IMG/VR virus record: IMGVR_UViG_3300025018_000111
Coordinates: 49,941-113,940 of that record
DNA from: a virus
Length of the DNA: 64,000 bases
Direction: 5' to 3' (one strand)
Position 1 is the stretch's first letter. Each line of letters begins with the position of its first letter. Of this stretch, positions 20,201 to 28,918 are shown piece after piece. The notes under the pieces were generated by a model. It was given only the letters and a program-made list of their open reading frames with translations. It was not told the DNA's origin and ran no database searches. The translations under genes were made by a program, and so were the position numbers.

Positions 20201-20924
20201 TTATATAACTCAGAGAAGAAGCTACGATTACCAAAAGTCCCAAGCGATGAAAAAGTATAATCGCGGGATTAGGCAACAAGCGATTGGGGCTGGAATTTCT
20301 GCTGGAATCGGAATCGGAGGAGGAATGTTGGGGAGTTATATGAGTTCTTATTCTCCTCCTCCTTCGTCCGCTGGAACGATGGGCGTGCCTATGGGAACGG
20401 GGTCAAATTATTCTAATGTAGCCAATTCTGGAGCAATAGTCCCGAGGTCTGGAGCATCCAATAGAGACTCTTATCCCTACACTCTTACAGGAGGAGAGGG
20501 GGTCCTCAGAAAAGAAGCGGTGAATATGTACGGTCCCCAAATTGTTAATGACTTAAATAATGGTCGAGTCAAAACAATGAGGTTTGGAGGATCTGATTCA
20601 GAGTCGTCTATATCGGAAATCAGAGGACTTCCATCGTCTATTGATCGTTTGTCTAGTGCGATTACAAGTCTTCAGAACAAATCCAACGGATCTGATTCCG
20701 AGGGGAAAGTCAACAATAATTTCAATTTTAATATTGAAGTAAGAACTGATAACGGGCAAGTGTCGGTGAATGAAAGTAAATCGTCTAATCAATCCCAAGA
20801 CAGCCAGAGTCAAACTGATAATAATAAAAAGATCGGAGAAGCTGTAAAGATAGTAGCGCAACAAGCTATTATTGACGGACTGAGAACCGGAGGATTGATT
20901 TACAACGCAATAAGGAGAGGCTAG
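14205..20924 (+). CDS. tail tape measure protein (TP901-type N-terminal domain)
   Basis: 2239 aa; AATELARQG...AVDALTAAINGF...IGNSLKTIFTR; C-terminal YATGGMVTGGSG..DDVPALLTDGEMVI motif. Confidence 0.92.
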   Translation: MSQQSETFNIKAIADFSQPLREAERVRSKLDKEIGSAFRNMERGFAQPLGHITGRVDQFSSSLEASNARVLAFGASAGIIFQVSKAFKELFKNTIQVEKSMADIQVVMNANVRELENYRSNIFKIAKQTGQSFFEVSKAATELARQGLTTEKTLVRLKDALVLSRLSGMDTMDAVDALTAAINGFGEAVVNSTRLVDKFAEVDQKFAVSSKDLAEAFKRVGSTAVDAGVNIDELIALVTTAQQVTARGGSVIGNSLKTIFTRSQRPQVLDDLEKAGIQTKKFSGESLSAIDVLKNLANTYDKLTSSNKSFVSETVGGVFQINVLKALLKDMGGEFSNYESALKTSENAAGAAAKKNELLNKTLSSLINVSVENFRELSVVIGEFAVKPIVEKTLGSINSIVETIISKKNEFASVFDSIGKFLSGPVLGLVIGSVSKLLWTFASFSLKAASDIIGLTKRSGDLAKITSVISATLESQPQLYQRILSGVISVQQAERQVLDILRQQTAEKAKLMAFSSGAASSAFASGVRVDATKRVLTGKGFSKIPRFADPIREAVQREVRSGVPASSVKIGVDSRLQSPMNPRGIGVYNTIDEPMGIGQGINRAKSMGMNPKTHGIPNFATSKKNIYNSKTGQASENVLYGKGLRRDPLMLPMANLGGNILQTKADIDKYISQELERRQVLTKSKGKSRDLHQEYVQSLDPKFKFPVNISKENESNRLAQIAEADRQKMLRIMSEALPEGALLGPPPSKPSINPLADLGPAIFRSKRKSSESGYVLGGSQEGSGLILRPNSNVGQVQGPVQGLYIPEGKQQSRRFFDEFRKVLLDPSVAKSEKKTMIDAVSKGIEKGSVFSINSIDEKKLGEKYSVKSFQNFLKDFKGETGQFNKSQRDELKDIIYNQGLSGGGTSPLLKAGGLSFRERKNNFSVAEDVGKINESRSKIPEFETPEEYKKRVNSKDQGFYAKSRRTGKTIPISETRANQLRDALANRERRIKRGESPFVPVTISSPSELASRARVGARNPNSGSGSTTSFRQELIRQIRSLDPNITFSSAARLADEQLRAGRMGTGEDVIGAYREELNSKRSISQNSAGMPLRADLSSNKRYRYSEPTGSRIFSERMPTFGRASSYIGSKVGLSYTKLRNMDLMNKMMSLGGTGSRIFSERMPTFGRASSYIGSKVGLSYTKLRNMDPMNKMMLLGGVGMLSSVGGAAFDSSTASNNRLSEMEKSNRNLISGGVQNTMTGAMIGASLTAGTGLGMLGGAAIGGLTAAAFSISKIFKEWNDILPEFEKNLSATYGKIQGLNNASQGMNKVLFDLENPPEFKTPEERTQYAKEKTREFKNSLANTSISPSAKKKILDAMGESRNSAELRQTISDVISGDMASIEPKKSLEEAITSITKYGRGEMDTVPNLVPMLSGISSKFGTLGQAGSKLTPEQLETVRIKLQNSLGRIGDIRNKTAALTLPPVLRELGRDRTGKEESPEKRVSNIIDTQISDVLQIMGVNKTSNEYQSLMKALRNTLKNGVDGAEVMVKDLKSIAETSQQMDSKFTEFLGVVEKVDIYAPREAFIEQQRVARDLRIGTSRNRYENERSIRDKQFAESFSIAGLSESVMTPTGRQIRELQLKRNTERGIAPIRERILKDDLSAEIQNQKKGYIESIGQDDSEFSKPILERYDNLLNEVKEGTVKKAGEYIDSALSDIEKLYKETERGQSKAGIESFGKISEAFESLRQQVERTNDAIAENEALSKQREDLLRKRLNPYFSTGDIFRSESASSNATRRTSMGSDPQTEIKSSMRAFREEMGYTTNDFYTDFENSSRDAAQTFKSEFKSAFQDFRRGTVSAGEALRQMAMNILDRIATNTSSMAIDGLMSAAFGGASNIFASVSKNRSGGMIRKRYATGGMVTGGSGVIDDVPALLTDGEMVINREAVRTYGADYFNKINQNRGVTGSLENRYIYLDANGNPSANPTQGQSRISAALSNIGATNDLMRANTTRMDREQRLVNYITQRRSYDYQKSQAMKKYNRGIRQQAIGAGISAGIGIGGGMLGSYMSSYSPPPSSAGTMGVPMGTGSNYSNVANSGAIVPRSGASNRDSYPYTLTGGEGVLRKEAVNMYGPQIVNDLNNGRVKTMRFGGSDSESSISEIRGLPSSIDRLSSAITSLQNKSNGSDSEGKVNNNFNFNIEVRTDNGQVSVNESKSSNQSQDSQSQTDNNKKIGEAVKIVAQQAIIDGLRTGGLIYNAIRRG
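17526..17795 (+). repeat. 135-bp in-frame tandem duplication in tape measure gene
   Basis: 17526-17660 and 17661-17795 differ at only 2 positions; TGSRIFSERMPTFGRASSYIGSKVGLSYTKLRNMD occurs twice. Confidence 0.95.
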
Positions 20925-20925
20925 A

Positions 20926-21804
20926 TTATGGTTTGTTTTCTAATTCTTTTATCCTCTTTTCTAAAAGATAAAATTGCTTGTCGATAAGACTCACACTCTG
21001 ATTGAAGACGAACTCCAAGTTCTGAGAGTTCGGAGAGGCAAAAGGGAGTCTATAATTAGGAGTAAAATCCCTGATTATTTCATGGTTTGCCGAATCATTG
21101 GAAACTCCGACATAATCAGTTTCTAAGATTATTTTTTGTTTCGAGATAGTAAGAACTCCTGACGTTTGATTGTCTGGAATATTAGAATCTAAAATTAAGA
21201 TAATTCCATTGTCGGATATGATTTTATCTATTATCTCTCTTCTTATTACTGTTCTATCCGATTTAGATTTATATTCTATCTTAAACTCAGCTCCCCTTCC
21301 TTCTCCATCCATAAAGACGGGATTCGTTTCACTAGGTAAAACAGAATATCTTCCCGAGTTTTTGAGTCTGATCATTTTAATTTGACCTTTGGACCCAACT
21401 CCTGTTACCTCAAAAGATGCTCGATTATCTTCGGTTTCAGAGAAAGACTCTACTGGTTTTCCTCCATACAGATAAACAACGTCCCCTTTCTTGTATCCAG
21501 ATCCAGCCTCTACAATATTCTCAACCTCGAAAACCTCGTACTCTTTAAAAACTAGTTCGCATTCGTCTCCATCGAGAATATAAGAAGAAACAGATTCGTC
21601 TTCTATGACTAAGTTTCTATTGTTTTTGATATAGAACTTTTCTGATATTTTAAAGTCTTCAATTGATTTTATAGAATAAGAGATTCCATCTTTTTGTATT
21701 CGTATATAACACCTATCGGAAACTCCATTCCAATTTGTTCCAGATTGAGCAACTACTTCTCTTGACCCATTGATTACGGAAACTTTGAAATTGTATGGTT
21801 TCAT
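20926..21804 (-). CDS. putative virion/tail protein
   Basis: 292 aa; GSGYKKGD...F.VT.V...G.I motif seen in phage structural proteins; last gene of the tip operon. Confidence 0.5.
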   Translation of the reverse strand: MKPYNFKVSVINGSREVVAQSGTNWNGVSDRCYIRIQKDGISYSIKSIEDFKISEKFYIKNNRNLVIEDESVSSYILDGDECELVFKEYEVFEVENIVEAGSGYKKGDVVYLYGGKPVESFSETEDNRASFEVTGVGSKGQIKMIRLKNSGRYSVLPSETNPVFMDGEGRGAEFKIEYKSKSDRTVIRREIIDKIISDNGIILILDSNIPDNQTSGVLTISKQKIILETDYVGVSNDSANHEIIRDFTPNYRLPFASPNSQNLEFVFNQSVSLIDKQFYLLEKRIKELENKP

Positions 21805-21818
21805 ATTTTTTTATATTA

Positions 21819-24800
21819 TCAGGAATTTAGAATGCTTGCAAGAGTTTTGTACGCTATTCCATTTCTCATTAAAACAATATAATCTCCAACTCCAGTCCCA
21901 CTTCCGGCGTCAAGTTCATCCAAATCATGAGGATTAAAATCTATATAAACATTGGAAGAGTCTGTTCTTATAGAAACTCCAGACCCTCCCGTCAAAGTGC
22001 GACTATTGGGCAAATCTCCGGCTGAGGAAAGTAAAACATATTCATTGCCGGTAGCAGCACCGACTCCCCTTCTGGATATTTCGACAGTATTGCTCATTCC
22101 GATTCCAGTTCTGTGTCCCTCGTTCCCTGCGCTAATAGCAAAAGAGTCGAATCTATCCATTAGGCTGATGCTAATATATTGAGAATTCACAGTGTCGGAC
22201 AATTTTGCATCTGCGGTATAAACATTTCCAAATCCAAAAGACTCGGCATCTAATGGAACTTCCACATATCCGATTCCAGTATCCCCAGAATAAGCATTTC
22301 CGCTTGTAAAATCCGACGCGCTGTAATAGACAAACGCTCCATACATATCCCTCATATTTTGCGGAAGCTCTGTCAGTCCAGAAGAACCACTAACGATAGA
22401 GAATTTTATGCTTCCATCTGTCGATATCCACTGATCTGTTGCTATTTGAGATCCATAAGCGTTGATTGATACCTCAGTCGTTTCCCCAGCTGCTCGATCT
22501 GTCAATCTGTATCCGGTTATAGGATAATTATTGACTTCTAAAATATCGTATCCGTTACTGTTTGACCAAGTTTCTGAAGAAACGTGAGGATAACTGATAT
22601 TTGGGTCTAATTGGTTCCCTGCCGACGTTTTATAGTCTGTCGGGTTATATGACTCTACAACAACGTCATAATGCCTGTGTGGACCTCCTATGCTGTTTAA
22701 GCTGTTTACAGTCATATTGTAAACGTAACTAGGAGACGTATCCGACAAAAATGGAGACTGAAATCCAGTTTCCTGATAATAGATAGTAGAACTAGGAGTA
22801 TTTGAACTGCTTGGTTCTCTGATGGAAATTCTGTATGTATTATTTCTTTGAATCAAAGAACTTGTATAACCTACTTGCCAACTAAAAGCTGGGGATTCTG
22901 AAACATATTCCTCAAAAAGAGTTGTTCCACTATCGTTGTAAAAATCCGTATTTTTTAAGATTGTAGATGGATCAATTTGTAGAGAGCTAATGATCGTGCT
23001 TTCGACTGGAGTAATCCCAGATACAGTGATAGAAGAAGAAGTGTAAGAAGAGCTTCTGGCACCCTCTATTGATACCGAATAAACCCTAAAATAATAAACA
23101 CCATTTTCTATCGTACTATAAACTCCAGACGTTGTAGTTTTCGACAATATGATACTCGCCTCATCGGACGACGGATTAGGTTCCGATCCTATTTTTACGA
23201 AAACCTCGTAATGACTCAGTAATGATGATGAAATTGCGTCAAATTCAAAACTAATATCTCTAGAAACGGGGTCGTAAGATAATGACAGGTTATTCGGTCC
23301 ATTTAATATTGAATTTTGAACAGTCTCAGAGTATTCGGGGGTGATCTCAGAGGAAATTGTGTCAAATTTATTTTCCAGATATTCCAATCCCATTATCTCA
23401 TACTTATGATCCTCAGTTTGTGATATATTCGCACAAGTATAATAAGAGTATTGATTGGTCTCTAGTCCAATATCTTCCGAACCATAAGATTCCCCAGATG
23501 CCAAATTAACTGTCCAGATATTGTTATTCGTAAACAGATCGTAATTGTTAAAGTCAAAAACTCCGCTAGAAGGAAATGTTATTCTGGTTCTTCCGTCAGA
23601 AAGAGATGAAAAGTACGAATCATTCACATCCGCAGTCTGGATATAGTTCCTTTTTATGTTAGAATAATCGGATGACGATTCGATATTAACAAGGACTGGA
23701 TCGTATTTAAATGTTGATCCTAAAACTTTGATTTCATAATTCTTCCCGCTTGCGTAAGATAATTGTCTGTCAAGATCGAGAACCAGTCCTGTTCCAGTGG
23801 TGAAGCATTGTAAGATCCTTCCAGCCTCATAAAATCCCTTTCTATTAGAATCATGTACTTGAAACAAATCCCCAATTCTGAGAGTCTGCGCCTCTAGTCC
23901 TGCTACAAAACTCACAGTTTCTTTTTGCTTACTAGATTCAAGAGTCCATCTCCCCGCTCTTATAGCCTGCCCTCTACTTGTTGTTGCAAAACTTGTTAGT
24001 TCAACCTCTTGGATTCCGTATCTTTTGATCCCGTCCGTATCCTCGATATATTCAAAGTTTGGTCGATAATAGTTGTTCTTATCGCTATATCTTACTATCG
24101 CGGTGGTATATCTATTCTTTTTGCTAGTAGAAAAGTATTTGAAATTTCCATCCTCAACATTAGCATTAGTAAAGGTATAAACAGGATCTCCCTTGTATCT
24201 ATCTTGAGAAAAGAATATTGATCCACCTTGATAATAGGGAATCCCGTTAAAAACACTTGAAAGATCGTTGATGACCTTATACGCCTCCTCTTTTGATCCG
24301 ATATAACTATTACAAGCGAATCTAGGCTCTAATCCTCCCTCTCCATCCGAAACCAAGGTGTCACAATTTTTAGCTATTTGATATAAGTCCCATTTGCTTG
24401 CCGAAAGATCAGATTCGGAAATTCTTCTTCCAAGTCCGTATGTCTTATCGGTCATTATATCATAAACGACCCACGCTGGATTATTTGAGTACTCCTTGTC
24501 CGTTTTAAACTCTCCGTTCCAATAGTCAGAACCTTGTGTTCCGGTTGTTGTGGACAAGGTTGAATCTCCATAAGACCTTAATTCTGGATCGTAGTTGTTC
24601 GGAACCTTGATCTTTTTGAGTCTCATGTGATAGTATCTACTCGGAATACCGTTAAACTCTCTTGCGTCAAACTTTGTTCTTGCTACGCTACACTTTGGAT
24701 ATAAAAAGTTATTCTCATAAATTTCAGTAATAGCCTCGACAAAACTCTTATTTTGAAGGTATGTGCTTGTACTATCTTCCGTTTCTCTAATGATCTTAAT

Positions 24801-25628
24801 TTCCCAAGCGACAAAATCCGATTCATTAGTGAAAGAAGAGAAGTCGATTCTAGATCTTCTTATATAGTCGGTATTAATATTTCCTTCTATCTTTTCCTCT
24901 TTAGCAAGAACGAATTCTTTGATTTTGTTTGGATTTGCGTAGATAGCTCTGTAGTAAATAGAATAGATTATCTCAGTTGCATAAGTGTTAAGTTCTGTTG
25001 AAACGACTTGTTTGTAAAGAGCCGGAACCCTTATATCAACATAGCATGAGGAAACGTCCCTGTTCGTGATCCTATAAGTCTTTGCATAATCATCACTATA
25101 CGGATTTACTCTGCTAACAATAGGATTTGATGCCGCTCTAAGTCTTTCCCCTATAGGCCGCGTAATTGTTATTTCATTGTTAGAGCTACTGTCTGTTAGA
25201 AGGTATCCATCGTCAGTTCCTCTGCTTACTGAAACGTTAAAACTTGAAAAATTATATTTACCATCACTATCTACCAAGGGAATTTCGTTCCAAAAGATAG
25301 ACCTAAGCCAAGGAACATCTGCTAGTCCGCTTGGAGTAGAATAAGGGGTGAAACTTTTAGATGACCAACCAATATTCCCTTCTGTTCCAGAGTAGGAATA
25401 GTAACCACTCACAAGTCCATGAACCTCCCCTTCTGATATTAGGTCATAAGTCTCTATAGAGCTGAATGATAATGCGGATACAGATTCCTCCAAACCTCCT
25501 CTGTCAAAAGAATAACGCTGACCCAATGTTGGAATTGCTGGACCGCGCTCAGGTACCGGCGGAGAAAAAACAAAAGATCCTCCGTCGTAGTCTTGATAAA
25601 TTCCCTCTGTAGCCGTAAATCCTGCCAT
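21819..25628 (-). CDS. tail tip attachment / host specificity protein (lambda gpJ-like)
   Basis: DLISEGEVHGL, KIKVPNNYDP, WNGEFK..YSNNPAWVVYD, EPRFACN, FTNANVEDGNFKY, TSRGQAIRAGRW; Fn3-like segment. Confidence 0.93.
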   Translation of the reverse strand: MAGFTATEGIYQDYDGGSFVFSPPVPERGPAIPTLGQRYSFDRGGLEESVSALSFSSIETYDLISEGEVHGLVSGYYSYSGTEGNIGWSSKSFTPYSTPSGLADVPWLRSIFWNEIPLVDSDGKYNFSSFNVSVSRGTDDGYLLTDSSSNNEITITRPIGERLRAASNPIVSRVNPYSDDYAKTYRITNRDVSSCYVDIRVPALYKQVVSTELNTYATEIIYSIYYRAIYANPNKIKEFVLAKEEKIEGNINTDYIRRSRIDFSSFTNESDFVAWEIKIIRETEDSTSTYLQNKSFVEAITEIYENNFLYPKCSVARTKFDAREFNGIPSRYYHMRLKKIKVPNNYDPELRSYGDSTLSTTTGTQGSDYWNGEFKTDKEYSNNPAWVVYDIMTDKTYGLGRRISESDLSASKWDLYQIAKNCDTLVSDGEGGLEPRFACNSYIGSKEEAYKVINDLSSVFNGIPYYQGGSIFFSQDRYKGDPVYTFTNANVEDGNFKYFSTSKKNRYTTAIVRYSDKNNYYRPNFEYIEDTDGIKRYGIQEVELTSFATTSRGQAIRAGRWTLESSKQKETVSFVAGLEAQTLRIGDLFQVHDSNRKGFYEAGRILQCFTTGTGLVLDLDRQLSYASGKNYEIKVLGSTFKYDPVLVNIESSSDYSNIKRNYIQTADVNDSYFSSLSDGRTRITFPSSGVFDFNNYDLFTNNNIWTVNLASGESYGSEDIGLETNQYSYYTCANISQTEDHKYEIMGLEYLENKFDTISSEITPEYSETVQNSILNGPNNLSLSYDPVSRDISFEFDAISSSLLSHYEVFVKIGSEPNPSSDEASIILSKTTTSGVYSTIENGVYYFRVYSVSIEGARSSSYTSSSITVSGITPVESTIISSLQIDPSTILKNTDFYNDSGTTLFEEYVSESPAFSWQVGYTSSLIQRNNTYRISIREPSSSNTPSSTIYYQETGFQSPFLSDTSPSYVYNMTVNSLNSIGGPHRHYDVVVESYNPTDYKTSAGNQLDPNISYPHVSSETWSNSNGYDILEVNNYPITGYRLTDRAAGETTEVSINAYGSQIATDQWISTDGSIKFSIVSGSSGLTELPQNMRDMYGAFVYYSASDFTSGNAYSGDTGIGYVEVPLDAESFGFGNVYTADAKLSDTVNSQYISISLMDRFDSFAISAGNEGHRTGIGMSNTVEISRRGVGAATGNEYVLLSSAGDLPNSRTLTGGSGVSIRTDSSNVYIDFNPHDLDELDAGSGTGVGDYIVLMRNGIAYKTLASILNS

Positions 25629-25631
25629 ATC

Positions 25632-26585
25632 TTAACCTTGCAATGTCGCTGAGTATTGTGCCGGAGAGTCTGACGCTAAAAATGATGACATCTGCTGTTG
25701 AACCTGATACCAATAGATGAAATATTTAGAGAAATATAAGTTGTGATACTGTTGCTTTCTATAATTATCTGGATGAACCATCCAATAAGGGATTCTCAAA
25801 AACTGATCGTACCAAACTAAATCCGATTGATATTCTTCGGACGCTAAGTAATTGACGGCCCAATCGTACTGACTCGCCTTATCCACGATTATAATTCCAG
25901 AATCGGTTTTGTTAAAATCATTATCATCTCTCAAGATATAGTCTCTTACCTGCAAATTTTGAGCAATGACATTCGATCCCACGATTAACTCTCCATATCC
26001 CAATGGAACCGGCCCCCCCTCTGAAACCGTATTAACCGGACCTCCAAATAGATAACTATCTCTTTGTGAACTTTCAATATCTCCAAATGGCTCAAACTTT
26101 GGAGGCTTGCTCAGAAGTATCATCGCTCCAGCGGCAGCAAGTCCTAATCCCGCTACAATCAAAGTTCCCGATGTGAGTCCAAATCCCAATGTTATCGCGC
26201 CAGCGGCAGCTCCAACTCCCGTTGCAATTAAAGCTACAGCAGCCACAATTAAAACTATCCCCAATATATTTTTATCTGATCCACTGAGAGATGGAATAAT
26301 ATCTATCGTTTCCAACGATTCGTAACTCATCATCAGTTCAGAATTTTTAATATCCTCAACCTCTTTAATATCTCTAGGAGGATTGATATTCTTCTCGTTA
26401 ACCAGAACCTCATACTCTTTGGATGTGTTCTTTTCGTCACCTAAATATTTAAACAATTTTCCGCCAGACATGATATCAATAGCCCTAATAGCCTCAGCAG
26501 CAGAATTAACTTTCAATTCCCAAACTTTTCTTCCTAAAAATTCCCCGAGAGAATCATGGAGATTAACTTTTACCAAATTGTTCAT
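25632..26585 (-). CDS. tail assembly protein (lambda gpI-like)
   Basis: Ubiquitin-like N-terminus (SAAEAIRAI...IDIIPSLSGS), hydrophobic Gly/Ala stretch, SYLFGGPVNT..GGPVPLGYGELIVGS. Confidence 0.88.
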   Translation of the reverse strand: MNNLVKVNLHDSLGEFLGRKVWELKVNSAAEAIRAIDIMSGGKLFKYLGDEKNTSKEYEVLVNEKNINPPRDIKEVEDIKNSELMMSYESLETIDIIPSLSGSDKNILGIVLIVAAVALIATGVGAAAGAITLGFGLTSGTLIVAGLGLAAAGAMILLSKPPKFEPFGDIESSQRDSYLFGGPVNTVSEGGPVPLGYGELIVGSNVIAQNLQVRDYILRDDNDFNKTDSGIIIVDKASQYDWAVNYLASEEYQSDLVWYDQFLRIPYWMVHPDNYRKQQYHNLYFSKYFIYWYQVQQQMSSFLASDSPAQYSATLQG

Positions 26586-27282
26586 GCCTTAAAAAAATCT
26601 TAGATAATTTCCTGTAATCGTCAGAGTATATCTGAATACACGATTGAGTATTGTTCGGATGATGAAGGATCTCGTTATTCCCAAGGTAAATCATCAAGTG
26701 GCAAGGAATATTCGTTTTTGGATCTTCAATCACTATTATATCATGTTTTCTCAACTCGTTTGACGTTATTTCGTAAAATCCCTCTTTTTTAAAATTATCA
26801 GTGATTAGATGAGGATCATTCGATTTCCAAAATTTATTTCGAGAATAGTCTTTGATTTTGATAGCAAACTCATTGAAAAAATAATCTCTGACTAGAGAAA
26901 AGCAGTCATTATATCCAATATTAAAGTTTTTACCGATATAGTCTGATACTATATTTTTCGGATCATAATAGGAAAAGTCCTTGGATTTAACCGAGTATAT
27001 TAGAAACTTATAACTACAACTGTCACTTTTCTGTTTGTCCAATTCAGAAGGTGCGCTGTCAGATACGATATGAGAATGAACAACATACAATATCTTTGAT
27101 TCTACTTTCACTTTAAGAAAATCCCTAGTTCTTATCTTAAATTGAAAATCGTCTGGACTTACATTCTTGCACTTTTTAAACTTTACAGAACCTTCTGATA
27201 AAACCACAAATCCGCAAATCTCTCTGTCAGGAGAAGATTCACTATATTCTTTAATTTGGTCTAGTATGGATTGTTCGAGCAT
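26563..27282 (-). CDS. tail tip protein with JAB + NlpC/P60 domains (lambda gpK-like)
   Basis: EICG...VVHSH...PSELD (JAB); DCFSLVRDYF...CHLMIYLG..ILHH (NlpC/P60). Confidence 0.92.
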   Translation of the reverse strand: MLEQSILDQIKEYSESSPDREICGFVVLSEGSVKFKKCKNVSPDDFQFKIRTRDFLKVKVESKILYVVHSHIVSDSAPSELDKQKSDSCSYKFLIYSVKSKDFSYYDPKNIVSDYIGKNFNIGYNDCFSLVRDYFFNEFAIKIKDYSRNKFWKSNDPHLITDNFKKEGFYEITSNELRKHDIIVIEDPKTNIPCHLMIYLGNNEILHHPNNTQSCIQIYSDDYRKLSKIFLRHEQFGKS

Positions 27283-28349
27283 TATCTGATCCTGTTAACT
27301 CCTTTAAAAGATCCGATTGGCAAATTGCCATTTTTGACTTCGGCCCCATCGGCTCCGGCCCCATACCTTAATTTACAACCAGATATTTTTTGAGAACACA
27401 AATCGGCAATCCAGTAAGTAGAGTTTGGCGGGATTTTCCCAGTTGGTACTGTGATCTTGGCGACGAAATAGTAATTTATACCATTTTTACTAATATAAAC
27501 TTGATCTCCTTTGGAATACCCAAGAGTTGACGACCATTTTCCTCTGTCGGTGATCCCAACATAAGACGGATCAGAGGGGAGAATATCATCGTTTAATAGA
27601 AGTAAGATAGACTCGTCGTTCCTATTGGCTACCGAGATGGCCCTAGACGGAAGAGTCGCTGTTCCATGTTCATCAGTGTTTTTTCTAGAACTATACTCAT
27701 AAACACACCCACATCCTCTATATTGAAATCGGCAATAATCATTAGTAATGATACTATTGGGAAGATAAACATGTTCAAAATCTAAAGGAGAACTCAACTC
27801 AAATCCAAGAGTATATTTGTCTTCGCTTGTTTTTCTCTCAACATAAAAAACCTCTCTGGACAATTCGCAATTTTCATCAGGATCAAAGTCGGGAGGAGTC
27901 CCATTTGGAAAATTGACTAAAGGAAGTTTGTTGGCAAAAGTCCTATATCTTGTCACTTTCGCTCCGGCTAAGTCCCCAATAATGTTTAAGTTAGTTTTAA
28001 ACGAAGAAAAAGCTGCCAACCCAGACTCAGAAACAGTCATTGTTAGTTGAGGCTTGGGGAGAGTCCCATCTCCTTTCTGCGCAAAGTCTGTGGCGTTTAT
28101 AGGAAGAGGATAATAGACTTTATTTCTCCAGACGATATTTTGACCAATTAACTTTGGATTATTGTGGAACCTAAAAAAACTAGACCCATCTATGGAAGTG
28201 TCTATGGATTCAATTATATTCAAGTCGAAAAGAATATCGGAAATGTCAATCTCAAACAAATCTACAATGCTCTGTACTTCTAAAGATTGGCTAATTTTAG
28301 ATGCTGATTTTAAGGAAGATTCTGATTGGGACTTGGATATAGTGGACAT
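27282..28349 (-). CDS. minor tail protein (lambda gpL-like)
   Basis: LFEID, PKPQLT, GAKVTRYRTF, FELSSPLD, CRFQYRGCGC...DLCSQKISGCKLRY (conserved Fe-S cysteines). Confidence 0.9.
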   Translation of the reverse strand: MSTISKSQSESSLKSASKISQSLEVQSIVDLFEIDISDILFDLNIIESIDTSIDGSSFFRFHNNPKLIGQNIVWRNKVYYPLPINATDFAQKGDGTLPKPQLTMTVSESGLAAFSSFKTNLNIIGDLAGAKVTRYRTFANKLPLVNFPNGTPPDFDPDENCELSREVFYVERKTSEDKYTLGFELSSPLDFEHVYLPNSIITNDYCRFQYRGCGCVYEYSSRKNTDEHGTATLPSRAISVANRNDESILLLLNDDILPSDPSYVGITDRGKWSSTLGYSKGDQVYISKNGINYYFVAKITVPTGKIPPNSTYWIADLCSQKISGCKLRYGAGADGAEVKNGNLPIGSFKGVNRIR

Positions 28350-28352
28350 ATT

Positions 28353-28865
28353 TTAGATTACAACCTCTTCAAATGTCGCAGATACGTTAAAATTATCATA
28401 AAAAACAGGAGACGATGTATAATTTCTACAAACAAAGAGTTTTTCCGAATCGTAAGGAGCATTTCCTATGAAGATAAAACTTATATAGCCTTTCATTCTA
28501 AACAAAAAGTTGAGAATTGCCTCGGTTTCATACAAATCTCTCGAATTAAATGACAAATCTATATTTAACAATTCATTATTTATTCCATCCTGAGTTCTTT
28601 GCTCATATCCATCTCCAAATTTAATGGCCTTGCTCTTAGGAGAATGATTTACGCTCTTATTATAACTAGGAATCCAAATAAATTTAGGTTTTTCTTGACC
28701 AGTTTTTGAAAAAGTTGCGTATCCTCCCCATTTGTCAGTCTCGAAAGAGGATGTGGAAGTGTGAGATACTAGAGAATAGTAACTCTTAGAATTGTAGATG
28801 ACTCTACCGTTCTTTTGATAATATGTTGATTGCGCCCAACTAGACGGAGTTGAATCGTAGCTCAT
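28353..28865 (-). CDS. minor tail protein (lambda gpM-like) with N-terminal CBM-like motif
   Basis: FIWIPS...KFGDGYEQRTQDGIN...SATFEEV; ATG 28865 preferred over GTG 28892. Confidence 0.88.
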   Translation of the reverse strand: MSYDSTPSSWAQSTYYQKNGRVIYNSKSYYSLVSHTSTSSFETDKWGGYATFSKTGQEKPKFIWIPSYNKSVNHSPKSKAIKFGDGYEQRTQDGINNELLNIDLSFNSRDLYETEAILNFLFRMKGYISFIFIGNAPYDSEKLFVCRNYTSSPVFYDNFNVSATFEEVVI

Positions 28866-28883
28866 TTCCTTGTTCCTACAAAT

Positions 28884-28909
28884 AAAATACACTAAGAATA
28901 GTGTATTTT
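28884..28909. promoter_or_regulatory. palindromic divergent promoter pair (AAAATACACT-N6-AGTGTATTTT)
   Basis: Back-to-back AGTGTATT motifs between divergent ATGs at 28865 (-) and 28919 (+). Confidence 0.65.
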
Positions 28910-28918
28910 CAAGGAGAG

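Noticed and set aside
20926-28890. Recombinase-driven invertible tail segment
   Set aside because: No flanking inverted repeats and no invertase recognised in the window
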